A stretch of DNA of 64,000 nucleotides from Lama guanicoe (taxonomy: Eukaryota): NCBI GenBank assembly GCA_013239625.1, contig MU053881.1:9695957-9759956 (forward strand), read 5' to 3'. The position numbers and the translations under genes are program-made. A model generated the notes under the pieces. It made no database searches and had not been told where the DNA came from. It saw nothing but the letters and a program-made list of their open reading frames with translations. Positions 39,683 to 53,344 of this stretch are shown piece by piece (position 1 is the stretch's first letter; each line of letters starts with the position of its first letter).

Positions 39683-40255
39683 TGTTCACAGAAACACTAT
39701 TTACAGTGGCCAAGACATGGAAACAACCTGACTGTCCATCAACAGATGACTGGATAAAGAAGCTGTGAGATATTTATACAATGGAATGCTACTCAGCCAT
39801 AAAAAAGAATCAAATAATGCCATTTGCAGCAACATGGATGGACCTGGAGAAAGAAAGTAAGCAAGAAAGAGAAAGAAAAATACCATATGATATCACTTAT
39901 AGGTGGAATCTAAAAAAAAAAAAAAAAGAGAGATAAATGAACTTACTTACAAAACAGAAACAGACTCAGAAACATAGAAAACAAACTTATGGTTACCAGA
40001 GGGGGAAGATGGTGGAAAGGGCTAAACCGGGAGTTCGAGATTTGCAGATACTAACTAATAAATATAAAATAGATAAACAACAAATTCATACTATATAGCA
40101 CAGGGAACTAGATTCAGTACCTTGCAGTAACTTGAATATGAAAAAGAATATGAAAATGAATACATGTATGTATATGTATGACTGAAACATGATGCTGTAC
40201 ACCAGAAATTGACACAACATTGTAAACTGACTCTACTTCAATTAAAAAAAAAAAA
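39683..40255 (+). mobile_element. 5'-truncated camelid-type L1 (end of ORF2 plus 3' UTR)
   Basis: gccaagacatggaaacaacct...aatggaatgctactcagccataaaaaagaat...gcagcaacatggatggacct...ctgtacaccagaaattgacacaacattgtaaactgac followed by an A tail. Confidence 0.92.
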
Positions 40256-41499
40256 GCATTGAAAAAAAGCTGCCATTCTGCAACCCACATCCATAAAAAA
40301 ATAAAAAATAAGGTGCTCAAGGTGGGGCTGGGAGGAGGTGAGTAGGAACAGAGGGATGGAGGCAATATCAAAAAAGATCTTTCTTCCAATGTGCAGTTCT
40401 GTTAAGGAGCAGCAAAAAACGGTTCAGAAGCAGCTCTCGTGTGCACGTGCTTTCAAGAGGCCTCGGGAACCTTCGCTGCTGTGGTCCCTCACACACTCCA
40501 TGATCTAAGAGGCACAGCACAGAGTCCGCCGACTCAAGTAGGGGATATTGAATGGGTGGGAATTCAACTCCCTGTTTTTCTTTCTTTTCTCTTCCACAAA
40601 GCCTTTGAACAGTTCACAGCCATCAACAAACACGCTCAGAGAAGTAACAGGTTAAGGACAGGTGAGGAGTCCGGTTATAGTAAGAACATCCGCCGCATCT
40701 TCCAGACCTTACGTATCTGGTAAAGAGACCATCTTTCCTGCCAGGCTTCCAGAAGCACTCAGAAGGGCCCTGGACTTAGGGCCCAGTGACTCAGAGGGGC
40801 AGGATGCCTTCCAGAGGGCAATGATGTTGGAGAAATAAGAAGAAGCCGGGAGAGTATTTCTGGTTCTCGGATTAAAAGGCCAGTGTCCTTTCCTGCCAGC
40901 CCAAATTCCAGCCTCCACCCCCAGCCGGAAACACTTCAAAGATATTCTAATGGGAAAGGTTGCCAACTCATTGTCAGAGAGGATTAGTCTTATCAGTGAC
41001 CAAACTGTGAGCCTTTGGCCTCCTGGCAAGCCAAGTGAAGACAGAAGCCAGCTCCCAAGAGCAGTTTCTATGGAAAACAGAGAAGGAGCCCTTATCCTAG
41101 GGTACCCAGACCTGGGCAGCATTTAGCACCCCGTGTGAGCAGACCACCTATTCTCAGGACCAATCAGATACAGGGCACAGTGCCCTCAATTCTATTTTAT
41201 GAAAAAGATCAAATACTGGAGGTCAAAGCAAGCAGTAAACAAAGTAGCCATTAAAGGATTTGGATTAGGAAATGTAATTATCCCATTCCTACCCCCACCC
41301 TCATCCCAAGTGGGTTCAGAACCTTTAGAGCGAGCTCCAACAGCCCAGAGCACAGCCGTAAGCACGGGGAGGAAAGGAGAGTTGAGGGGAACTGAGGACC
41401 AATCACACATCCCACCCCACATCTCAGCTAGGGAGAAGGTCCTGAGGAGGACACCACGACAGAGGCGCTTTACTAAGGAACTACGCACCACTCCAGTCA

Positions 41500-42270
41500 C
41501 TGAATGTGAAGGCAAATGGTAAGAAACTGCGACACAAATTGATTTGATAATCTAGCAGGGGCGGGGGAGGGGGTAGGGAGAAGAGGAAGCAGAGGAACAC
41601 AGAGACTACTGGAAAATTCCTGCTGAGAATGTTCCCTCACCAAGGATCTTGTGATGAGCTGTGTTTCTTCCTGATAAGACAAAGCTGCATCCATAAATCT
41701 CTTTCTTAACAAGCCAGCTTAAAAATCTCTTTATCTTAGAGATTTTATCATGCCATCTTTTTCTTAAACATCGTCCATTGCTCCCAATGGCCTTAAAAAT
41801 GAGATTTAAACCCAACAGCAGGGCACGCCTTGCCCCTGACATCTATTTTAAATTTACCATCCAGTACCATCTTTCCCTACTTCCCAGCCACGGACCCCAC
41901 ATTTTGATGACACTGACTCCACTATCTTTTTATAAATAAAATTTGCTCTGTGCCTTGGCGTGTCTTGTTTCCTGCCCAATCAATATTCTTTTCTTTTCCG
42001 CGTTTGGTGAGCTATTTATCCTTCAAAGCTTTGATTAATAGGAAAACATTACTGTGAAATGTTCCCAGATTCCACTAGGAAGAATGCAGCACTCTCTCCC
42101 GTGCCACTTTATTGCCTCTTATGTGACACTTAACAATTCTTTTACTTTATAATTTGATTCCATAGTAATTGTCTTCTATAATACCTCACTAGAGAACTGA
42201 GTGATTTGAGGGTCGACTCTGTCGTTCTCTTATTTATACGGTGAATGCGCGCCAACAAGGAAGCAATCCG
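41500..42270. mobile_element. L2 fragments
   Basis: ccattgctcccaatggcc, tatttatccttcaaag, cactagagaactgagtgatttgagggtc. Confidence 0.5.
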
Positions 42271-42420
42271 TTAAGTGTTTTGTTTTTTGTTTTGCTTTGT
42301 TTTGTTCCATTTTTGACAAATAGAGTAAGACTTGAGTATTCATAGTTTGACTACGAGCTCACCTCACCTATTTCACGATGCTAATGGTGGCTGAGATCAT
42401 GTGATCTTGACCAAAGCAAA

Positions 42421-42454
42421 CACCGCCATCTGGTGGCAACAGACACAAATTGCA
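42421..42454 (-). promoter_or_regulatory. CTCF binding site with core and upstream (U) motif
   Basis: Minus strand TGCAATTTG-tgtctg-TTGCCACCAGATGGCGGTG. The core matches CCASYAGRKGGCRS, and a TGCAR U-motif lies at 6-bp spacing. Confidence 0.75.
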
Positions 42455-43765
42455 GTATTGAGTTTTTAAGACGGGTAAATTTTGGAAATTTACACCTGCG
42501 AGCTTAAATTTAAAAAATATGAACCACAGTAAGAGTTACTACCTTTTGATCACGTTGGCAACCTGTTACTATACTGGTTATTAACAGATAACTTCAAAGA
42601 TACTTGCAATGCATCTGATTATTCGGTATCTTCAGTTATTTTCCATTTTTAAAGTCTACTTACATACTTTAAACAAAAGCACTTTATTTGCCATAAATGC
42701 TATCCTTAAATAGTTGATTTTTAAAGTCTTTTCACGATATAATGCCTCTTCATGTCAAGTCTCTGCATCTGTTACTTTAATAAATGAACATGTTACGTAC
42801 AAAACAATGGATCAGACACTACATCATAAGACGTCTTCTCTTAGATGAAAATATAACAGCAACACACATGCCCAGCACTTGGCCAACCAAAATTTTCTAT
42901 AAATAAGCTCATTTTTATGCATAAAATGATCAGTGCCTTTTAATGACGATCCTTATCACTTTAGTTGCTACTGATCTTAAAAGATCACGTAACTATTGAG
43001 TAAAAAAAAAAAAACTGATACACGTTCAGGATTAAGTATTTTCAGCTGGTGTAATATCCAAAAGATATAATTTCCCAAGATTTTATGGTAACCCCTCTCC
43101 ATCAGAAGAGCTTATCAATGCCCTGTTCCATGACCACATAAAAAACTTACAGTACAACAGTCATACTGCTACTGGAAAAATACAACTATATTTCTTCTAC
43201 CATTAGAATTCTGTCCTTCTTCCTCTAATACTGGGGGGAGGTATGTTATGGACGCAGCAACAAAGGTGCACTGCAAACCCCAGCGGCCACTCAGGATAAG
43301 AGGTACTCTGTCTCTATTCAGACACACAACATCGCTCTAAAGTCAGGCTGCTGGAAAAGATAAGAACTCCTGACAGTGAAACAATGTGCTCTGAAGATAA
43401 GAACTTGCCGACTGAACTGCACGCTGGTCTGAGTTTCACTCCTGGCGTGTTTGTGGACTGAGAATTCACACCGAGGCCTCTCTGAGCACCTCTCCCTCTC
43501 CGGCTTCTCCCTGTCCCTCATTTGTTCTGCAGATTGTCACAGGATTATTGTCCTACACCGTCCCTACACACACATCCCCACAGAACACAGTTTTAACTGC
43601 TTCTTCGAGCAATCAAAGCACCTGGTGACTCGGCCTCCACTTGATCGCACCTGCCCAACACGCCATACCATCTGCCTCACCCACCTTCACCTACTGGCCC
43701 TTGGTACCACTTGCCAACCCCCACTTGTACTCTCTAGTTTCCCATCTTGGTCTTTTGTTCTCTGC

Positions 43766-43912
43766 CAGCGCTTCTCAAACTTCAATGTGCACACACATCA
43801 ATGTGCAGCTGCTGATTCATGGGGTCTGGGATAGCCTGAGAGTCCGCATCTCTGACCAACTCCAAGGTGATACTGGCACTGCTGGTCCCAAGACCACATT
43901 TGAGGAGCAAGG
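43766..43912 (+). mobile_element. MER5A (hAT-Charlie MITE), internally deleted
   Basis: cagcgcttctcaaactt...ctgctggtcccaagaccacatttgaggagcaagg. Confidence 0.8.
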
Positions 43913-44051
43913 ATCTCTTCCATATCCCAACAAGACTTTCCACTCCCATGGGCACCCCTAACATTTCTGACTTTTCAAATCCTTACTTCTCCTTGACAAA
44001 TCAACTCTGAACCTCTCTCCATCCAAACATTTTTCCCTAGTCCCTCCAGCC

Positions 44052-44235
44052 CAGGGTTTTCAACTTGGCTGCACATTAGAATCACCAGGGGAACATTAAA
44101 AACTCCAGCTGCACAAAGGCACACCAGGTCAATTAAGCCAAAATCACTGGGGCTGGGACCAAGGCACCAGGATTTTTTTTTTTTTCTTTAAATCCTCAGG
44201 CGATTACAACCTGCCGCTAGGGTGGAGAACCGCTG
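44052..44235. mobile_element. MER5A1-like MITE
   Basis: cagggttttcaacttggctgcacattagaatcacc...ggtggagaaccgctg, with inverted termini. Confidence 0.8.
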
Positions 44236-44399
44236 CTTTTGGAAGGAACCGACTTTTTCCTTTCAGCACTTAATAGCTTTTTGTTTTTACCTATTCTTCT
44301 ATTTGAATTAACTGAGAACTCTCCTTGTCTGCTTAAATGTCCTATTCCCCTTACCAGCATACACACTTTTTGAGGACAAGATGCCTGCCATCCCTTGGC

Positions 44400-44650
44400 A
44401 GGCTGAATATGTCAGCACTCAAGCAAGGGCTGCTGAGGCAGAGTTTCTGAGTTCAACTCCCAGACCTACCATGTACAATCTTGCTTAAGCTTTTTATGTC
44501 TCAGTTTTCTTCTCCGAGAATTGGAAATAGCAATAGCAGCTGCATCATCAGGTATTTTTAATAAAATACAAGTTTAAGAAGATAAACATATGAAGCACCG
44601 GGCTCGGGCGCACGGTGTCTCCTCGACAAATGTTAGCCATTATCATTATT
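44400..44650 (+). mobile_element. MIR
   Basis: ctgagttcaactcccag...gtctcagttttct...tgttagccattatcattatt. Confidence 0.65.
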
Positions 44651-45062
44651 AACTAGGCTCCTCTGTCTGTCTCGCATTGTGTAACATAGCAGTAAGCAGT
44701 CAATAATCATTTGCTGGATGAATAAGTCAACAAATGATGGAAAATAAATCATATTTAATTGCTCTAAAATAAGCCCAGAATAGCAGCCTTCTACTGAAAA
44801 AGTTCCAGATAATGAAGGTTCACTCTCTGCACAGGCCTGTAGGTATCCATGCTGCCACTGGCCTGCTGAACTCAAGTCCAAGAAAAGCTAGGTGGCTCTT
44901 CACGATGGAAGATATGGGGAGAAAGATAATGATCATGCCTCAAAAAATAAAAGTGTTTAAACACTGTCAGTAGCACGTGTTTGCTAAAATTCATCGAACC
45001 TACTGACATAAATTTAAAAGGCTGCATTGAAATACTTTTGCGGGGGGGGGCAAACACCTTTA

Positions 45063-45290
45063 AAACCCAATCCATATTCTTTTTCATTATAGTCTTTACA
45101 AGGTAGCGAATCTAGTTCCCTTGTTGGCCTACAAGGAAAAAGAATATGAAAAAGAATGTCTTTATGTATAAATGAATGACTATGCTGTCTGTACACCAGA
45201 AATTAACACAACATTGTAAATTGACTATACTTCAATTAAAAAAACAAACTCCAAAAAAAAAAAACTCAGGAAAAAAGAAACCCTAATCCA
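45063..45290 (+). mobile_element. Short camelid-type L1 with a 5' inversion
   Basis: TSD aaaccc(t)aatcca at 45063-45074 and 45278-45290; inverted piece 45073-45123; sense piece from about 45128 to the A tail. Confidence 0.85.
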
Positions 45291-45889
45291 AATCTCAGCA
45301 TGCACTAAATTTTGTCATCTTTAAAATGTGTGAATTGTCTGTCCTGTTGTCATACACAGTGCCTCACCCCCACCCCCCTCATTGGAAGGACACAGTCTTG
45401 GCCACCAGACATGTAAACAGCCCAGCTTTGAAATCATTCTTATGCCAACAGAGCATTTCATTACCACTGAACAGTAAGTAGGTAGGTGACCGAAGACGCT
45501 AGTCATAATACATAATGTGATGGAACCGGTGAAGTCTGCCTATTACCAGTGTGAATAGAGCTCTTTTGTTGGAATCCATCCTGGTGGAATGAATAGTCCC
45601 TATTATGTTTATTGATCACACCCTCAGCACTGAGGTAGAGGTGGCCAGAGCTGCCCGGGAAAATAGTCAGATGCCATTGTACGCCTTCCGTTTTGGCAAG
45701 ACCAGATCATCAGTCAGAATTCACTTTTAAACTCGAAACAAAATGTTCAATATTCTTACATCCCCCAAGATTAAAATGAGGCAGAAAAAGAAATGTCTTA
45801 AGTAACTTGGCTCTGAGCACTGGTCACTCTCTCTGCGGCTGCCCTCCACGTCCGGAGGGCCCCGGACCTCAGCCTGAAGGGCTGCTAGC

Positions 45890-46420
45890 CAGGCCCGTCC
45901 TCCATGCTTCTCATGCAGCCCACACAGCTGCAAAAGTGCTGCCTGATCCTGGCACTGTCCCCCTTCAAGCCCTCCGATGACTTGCTATTGTATGTGGAAT
46001 AAATTCCAGACCTGCTGGTGGTCTCACCTGACCTCAGACGGTTCAGTCTGGCTTCTTCCTCTGACCTCCTCTCATTCCCTGGGAATCTCTGCCAGGCACG
46101 GGCAGGGCTCTCTTCTGCTCCCTGGACATCAGCCTCTTCACCTGCTTATCCTCCTTCTGCACTTGCCTGGGGCTCTGTGCCCTTGGACTTTGCAGATCCT
46201 TCCCCTCATTTAATCCTACCCCGATACTGTCTCTCCCATGACCCTCTTTTGTTAGCTTCATTTCAGTTATCACCACCAGCTAGCAGCTTATTAATTTGTT
46301 GACTTGTTTAGCGTCTGTTTTCACAGCAGCTTGTTCACCGTTTAGGACCCTTGGCCCCAAGCTGACCTTGACACATTATAAGGGTTCAATGCACAGTTGT
46401 GCTTCAATCCATAAATGAAT
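45890..46420 (+). mobile_element. L2 fragment
   Basis: cccttcaagccctccgatgacttgctattg...aataaattccagacct...gggttcaatgcacagttg...ataaatgaat. Confidence 0.6.
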
Positions 46421-46669
46421 TTAGCAACGTTTTACGTCATAAAAGTTATTTTTGCACATAACATCAAGTATTATTCATGTTTTGCCACAAATCACAGACC
46501 TCTGTCCTTCAATTAAAAAAAAAGAATTAAAGAAATTCCCTAAATGGTAACAATTTTTCTTTTCGTAACACTGTTATTGTTATCTTCTGGGTATTAAAAA
46601 ACACTGGGACTTGTTATTGACAAAAAAGTTGAAGAAAACAGAGGCTTTATGTCCAGTTATCCCTCATTA

Positions 46670-48190
46670 TGACGCATTATATCCACATGGAATTATACAC
46701 AGTCTTTTGTGACTCGTTTTATTTTCATTTACCATATTTTCAAGCTTCATTTGTGTTGTAGCATGTATTAGCACTTCATTTATTTTTATTGTTGAACAAT
46801 ATTTCATTAAATGGAGGTACCACATTTTATTTATCCATCTATCAGTGGATAGATAATTTGGATTGTTTACCCTTTTTGGCCTTTGTGAACAGGGCTGCTT
46901 TGAACATGCGTGCACAAGTTTTGCACATTTATGTTCAAGTTTTGTGCACACGTATCACATGTATGTCTTCGTTTATCGTCGGTATAGGATAACTTGGGCC
47001 ACAGGGTAACTCTGCATCTAGATTTTTGAGGAACTAGCAGATCGTTTTCTAAAGTGGACTGTACCAGGTTAGATTCCTGCCAGCAATACAAGAGTTCCAA
47101 TTTCTTCACATCCTCAACATTTATTATTGCCTGTCTTTTTAAATGTATCAATCCTAGAGGGTGGAGAGTGGCACCTCATCCTGTCTTTGAGTGCATTTTC
47201 CTAGTGATTGACGCTGAGTATCTTTGAATGTGCTTATTTTGTCATTTGTACATATTCTTTGACGAAATGCCTATTCTGATCCTCTGCTCATTCATTAATG
47301 GGATTATTTTTCATTGAATTTTTAGAATTATTTATATATCCTAGACACAAGTCCCCAGATACATGTTTTGCAAATATTTCTCCCATCCTGAGGGTTTTTT
47401 CACTTTCTTTATGGTGCACTCAGAAGCATACACTTTTTTTTTTCCATTTTGATGATGTCTACTCTATTTGTTGTTGTTTGTCAAATCTAAAAAAGAAAAA
47501 TTCCCTACCCCGAGGTCACAAAGATTTACTCCTTTGCATTCTAGGATTTCTGAAGTTTTAGCTCTTACATTTAGGTCTAAGATTAATTTTGAGTTAATTT
47601 TTTGTGCATGGTGTGAGGTAGGAGTCCAACTTCATTCTTCTGTATGTAGATATCCAGTTGTCCAACACCATCAGTTAGAAAGACCATTCTTTCCCCGTAA
47701 ACTTTTCTTGCCACTTTTGTACAAAGTCAATTAGCCATAAATGTACGGGTTTAATTCTGGAATCTCAATTCTCTTTCATTGATCTGTGTGTCCATCCTCA
47801 TGCTGGCACTGATTTGAGCATTACAGCTTTTTAGTCAGCTTTGAAATCAAGAGATGTGAGTTCTCCAACTTAGATCTTCTTTTATAAAATTGTTTTGGAT
47901 ATTCTGGGTCCCTCCCTTGCATTTCCACATGAATTTTTGGATTCATTTGTCAATTTCTGCAAAAGAGTTAGCTAGGATTTCAATAGGGATTGTGTTTGAA
48001 TCTAGATCAATTTGAGGAATAGTGCCATCTTAACAATTATGTCCTCCAATTCATGACCATTTATTTAGATCTTTAATTTCTTCCAGCGGTTTTGTAGTTT
48101 TCATTGTACATGTCTTACACTCCATAATTATTTTATTCCTCTTGACGCTGCTGTAAATGGAATTGTTTTCTTAATTTCATTTTCATAGAT
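46670..48190 (-). mobile_element. Old L1 (L1MB-like) ORF2 end and 3' UTR
   Basis: tgttgtagcatgtattagcacttcatt, ttgcaaatatttctccca, gatatccagttgtccaacaccat, gtaaatggaattgttttcttaatttc. Confidence 0.88.
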
Positions 48191-50686
48191 ACATTCCAAA
48201 ATTTGATGCATTAAACATAAATGACTTAGGCAATTGTCTTGCAGGGAAATATAGCACATCGCTAATTTTATGCAAAGTTTGAACAATGCCAAGGATGGTT
48301 TCCATGTTTAATTTTTACCATTGTATTCTGGGTGCAGTATAAGAAAATCAGGCAACAACAACTGAAGAAGTTAAATTAGGGACATTTCTCCCATAGGCAG
48401 TAAAATACCAAATGTTTAAAGAGTATGCTAAAAAATGATGCGGGTTAAACTCTCTTCTCCCCTTGTTTTAGGCGGCATCTGTCTTTGGAAGCCTACTCTC
48501 ATATCAGGTCCTAACAGGCACAGTTTTCAGTATAGGATTTCTGAACTAGAAAAGCAAAGAGACCTTTAAAAACTGGAGCAAATCATACAGAAAATGTAAA
48601 CAAAAATTTCACCTTGGAAGTCTACATCAAGGCATGTCTATGGACAGTGTATTTTGAAGCATAAGACACTGTTGCTCATACTATGTTCAGTGATTCTGTT
48701 CATTATAATCATTGTGATTAATGATATCATCTCTCAGAGATGTATTTTATATATTTTACTGACTAAAGTATTATATCCTTATAGCATTAAAAAATCGGAG
48801 CAACCAACTCTTGATTTTTATATTTAATTGATAATTCAGCCTTAATACTTTTTAAAAATTCAAATGAAATTATACCAGCCAAGGCTTCGAGCAGTGGTCT
48901 GCCCTTTCTGGTCATTGCTTTACACCTTTTCTACTTAAATTATAAAAGGAGAGCCAGATGTCGTGGGGGTATACAGCTGTGTTATTTCTTGAAGCAGCTG
49001 GTGCCAACTTGTCAAAAGAAAAGGTCTCCTTTCCAAATATGTGCAAACCTTGTGTAAGTAGATATAACGTAAGCTCTGTATCCGCAGCTATTGATTCTGT
49101 TCATTGACAGCTGAGGTGTTTAATACATTCATCCTGTTCGTAATGCCATTTAAAAACTCAGAGGATTAGGAAGGCTGTTTGTCTCAAAGGTACTCTTCAG
49201 AGAGCAAAGGCTAACTAGCCCTGCAGTTGGGAGGGCTCTGACAGAAACCTGAGCGATGAGAACGGAGCAGAGAAGCCAGCAGATACGTTCTAACCTGCCA
49301 CAAATAATGATTTTTAAAAAGCCCCAGAAGAATGCGCTTTGCTGCTTTACATAACGCTATAATGCATTAACTCATGTAATATGACTAGCAAAAGTTTATT
49401 TATTCATTTATTTCTGCTGCAGGCAAATACCGGATAAATGCTTACAATGGCAGGTTAGCAGGTGTTTTAGCTACAGCCATTAGTACCTCCTTGACATACA
49501 GTAACTGTTCGACTGCTCGCCTCATTCTAGCCCACGTGGAAACTGTCAAAGCCTTTCATGATTTCCAGGGGTAAAAAAAAAAAGACTGAGATTTTAAACT
49601 GTAGGATTTAAATCAATAGGGGATTGGGTACATTCATGCTTGGATAACTAGTTCACGACAGATTAGACCATATGCATAGCAGACGTAATCTGTACCTCAA
49701 GATAGTCATCGTTTTCACTGTCCACTCATCTTATTTACTTATCCATTTTGAAAAATATTCTGGGATGCTGTTCAACTGCCTCACTAATGCCCTCTGTGCT
49801 AATAATAAACTTCAGATACCTCTTCAGCGGTTCACTTTTATTATTCTGTGTAATATACCTTCAGGCTACTGAGTGCATCTCTAGGTCTCCTCTCCGTGAT
49901 ACGTGATACGTCGTCCTGTGTGCTTAGCAGCTCGCTGAACTGAACTGATGTAAATGAGGCTTGAAATGTTAAACACAACTTGTAATATCAAAGCTTTTCA
50001 TATCAAATAATTTTGCTCCTAGAGAATCCTAGGGAGATTAAGGATGCACGGGGTGTCTAAAACGTCCACCAGTTACACGCACGATCCCAGCAGTAGATGG
50101 ATAATTACCAGCTCACACGAGGAATACAAAGAAAACACAGCCAGTTCATCCTGCCCATGTAAACAGACTGGGGAGTTTTTCTGGGAATTAGGTCCATATA
50201 AAGCTTACTGAATACAGAACCCAAAATAACTGCAGACATCTGTCTGATGGAACCTTCAGTGATGGGGCCTTGAGGTAGCATTTTCCTTACAACTACAGTC
50301 GCCACAATTTCCTAAGCCCAGCTGAGAAGCAAAATGAGTAAGGCTGAGCTTTCAAACTAGCCTCTGTCAACTTATCTCAAAACCCTGTGAAATAAGTTTT
50401 TCATAACCTGTAATGCTAAACTGATTTTCCGGGTACATTTATACGGCTGTTCTGTACTCAGTGTGAGAGAATTCCTGACTCCGGGCACGGGGGTAGGTAG
50501 TGAGCCAACATGTCATAAACAGACTGGAAATGAAGGTTTCCTAAACCACGACACTGGGGTTTCCTAGTTAGGAAGAATCAAACTGGAATAACGTATCCAA
50601 AATTGACCGCCGAAGGAGGTGCTGCTGGAGACAGACGTGCAGTGCTGCGATGCACAGTAAGGAGGGCTGGCCGCCAGCGAAGACCA

Positions 50687-50904
50687 GACCGATCGTTCTG
50701 AACTAGCGGCGATTCTGATCATCAGGGAACATCTGGCAATGTTTGGGGACATTTCTGGTTTTCACAACTAGAGGGGGTGCTCCTGGTGTCTGGTGGACAG
50801 AGGCCAAGGCTGTTGCTAAACCTCCTACCCATACACAGGACAACCCCAGCAACAAAGAAATCTCCAGCCCCCAAAGTGAAGACTGCTGAGTTTGAAAAAC
50901 CCTG
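50687..50904. mobile_element. MER20 (hAT-Charlie)
   Basis: gggaacatctggcaatgtttggggacattt...cagaggccaaggctgttgctaaac...gctgagtttgaaaaaccctg. Confidence 0.85.
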
Positions 50905-52690
50905 GCATTGAGTAATGAGACAACTAACTCACTGACTCAGAGTGAGCAGAGGTTTGGGACTGATTCGTCCAAATCATTCCTTTAAACTCTCCACTTGGCT
51001 CTGTCCGTGGAGGGCTGGTCTGAGACCACAGATAACGATGCCTTGGTTTGAGTTAACCAGTATTAACATTCAAAGGATATGGAGGTTTCTTCAGAGTGCA
51101 GGCTGAGATCAGCCGATCAATTGCTTCTGTTTTTAATCCATCATGACGAGCGATCATTCCCACAGGTACAGACACAGTGAGGTGACGTTTCCAAGGACTA
51201 ACATTACAGCAAGGGACGTGCTAATTCATTGGTGTTGCAACCTCATTCCAACAAGTGCCATTATTTAGTTAAGGTTTATAAAGTGTTGTGAAGAGAGAAA
51301 ATGCTATATAAATGCTAAGTATGGTTATTGTTATCATCTTTCTGAGTAATTCCTTCTGTGAGTGATGTTACAGTATAAAAACACACACAGAGATCACTTT
51401 GTACCTGTTTGTACTTTTAAGGAGAGGTGACTATCATGAGTAATTCACATTGTGTCACCTCCTTTACACTCTGAATTAAAACAAATTAAATAAAGCTTAA
51501 TTAGAGAGTGTTTTATGCACTACAGAAATGCAACTGATTGATATTCTGAGTAAATACAGGTTAGCTGTGGAAGGAATAATACTGAAAAAGCTCCAGAATC
51601 ATAAAATCAGGACTGAATTTCCATGATATTAAACATATGGATAAAACAGATAAACGCCCTCAATGTATTCTGATTTTTTTCCCAACTTTTTTTTAGTGTT
51701 AACGTCTAAAACAATAAATTTAAAGATTTCCTCATTTTTAGTGAATGTTTGCTATCCTAGGACTCTCATGTTACTAAAATTTCTTTTTTTAACTTTAATT
51801 GTGCAGAGAAGGGTCTCTTAAACACACTGTGAAAAAATAACATTTAATAACCAGAAAAAAACCCTTTAAACAAAGCCTAAACCATGCTATTTGAGTGATT
51901 GCTTAAAATATATAGTATGATATATTTGTAATTATTTTAGATTTAATTTTGCAATGGTAGTTACTTTCTAAAATGGCAAGCTTGTCTTAGGATTTTGATT
52001 CAGGTGGAAACTGTCAAACTGTCAATGGATGTAGCAGTTACATTTCGATTGTCACGCCCAGGGCAGTGTCGAAGACACCAAAACAACATGGTGCCACTAA
52101 TGATTCAATTGTTAGGAGAACACAGGCAGACATGGTTTTTGCTTACTTGTGTATGCTCATTGTGTATGTCTCAGCCTCTTTCATTTTTATGGGAACATAC
52201 AGGGAAACCAGGTTTATCAATTTAACACATTCCTGCCACTTTTTGCCCAAATCAAGCCAAACTCTTTGACTCACTCCTTCTGATTAGTTAAGGTCTTTTT
52301 TTTAACACTGTCGGAGACAGGGAGATTGAAACTGAGGATTTATGGCAGAAGCAAATTAATTTCCAAAAGAAAAGTAAGAACATGTCATCTGTGTAAATGT
52401 TAAAACCACAGCATAGTTACATTTCTGCATTTCTATACATGCTAATTTTTTTACTCAGAGCCAAAGCCAGATATGCCTTGGTTCCCAGCATCTGCCTTTT
52501 CCCACTTTCCATGTTCGGCCACCCAACAGGCAGATGAAACATCACTCAAGGCACTGGCATCATTGTAGAGTAAGTCATCTGATCAAAAAGAAAAAGGGAG
52601 AGGTGGGAGAAGGCAGTCCTGACGAACTTATCTAGAGTTTTGCAAACAAAAAAGTTAGAAAGCTATTTAAATTTCCCTGGTCATGTTAAG

Positions 52691-52871
52691 TTTTTTTTTC
52701 TTTTTCAGGTTACATTTTTATTTCATTTATTTTTGTTATTGAAGTAGTCAGTTTACAATGGTGTGTCCATTTCTGGTGTACAGCATAATGCTTCAGTCAC
52801 ACACATCCCTACCTATATTCCTTTTCATATTCTTTAAATTATAGGTTACTACAAGATGTTGAATATAATTC
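52691..52871 (-). mobile_element. Camelid-type L1 3' end
   Basis: T-rich tail followed by attgaagtagtcagtttacaatg...atttctggtgtacagcata...aagatgttgaatata. Confidence 0.85.
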
Positions 52872-53344
52872 ACGTAGGTTTTGAGTTCGATTTTGTTTTT
52901 TCTTATTTTGAATTATGTATTCCTATTGGCAATGGAGTCATTCCCTGATTAGAACCAACAAAGTCTTAATCTGTCCCTCTTCCCCATTTTCTGACATTCA
53001 AACATGGTTTCCCAACATGCAGGGGAAACAAGTGTCAAGGGACTAAGTGACAAGGGACTAGGGATGGAGATCAAAACTAGTATGGACAGTCATGGCAGGA
53101 AGAACCGGAAACAAAATGAACTGAAATTCTTCAACACTCACACTGGCCCATTATTTCATTCCTGTATCTAACCAAGACAGAGGTTGGAGAGGGCACCCAT
53201 CTTCCCAAAGAGGAGAGCTATAAAGAAATGTTTGGGGTTCGTGTGAATATGCACACTTTCAGAGCTACAGTTGAAATCGTCAAATGTCTATGTATATTTA
53301 TTAATTTAATCACATATACCTATGAAAGAGTAGAGGTTTTTCAA

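Noticed and set aside
42540..43080. Possible second transposase fossil
   Set aside because: Inspection of the reverse complement showed no recognisable motif.
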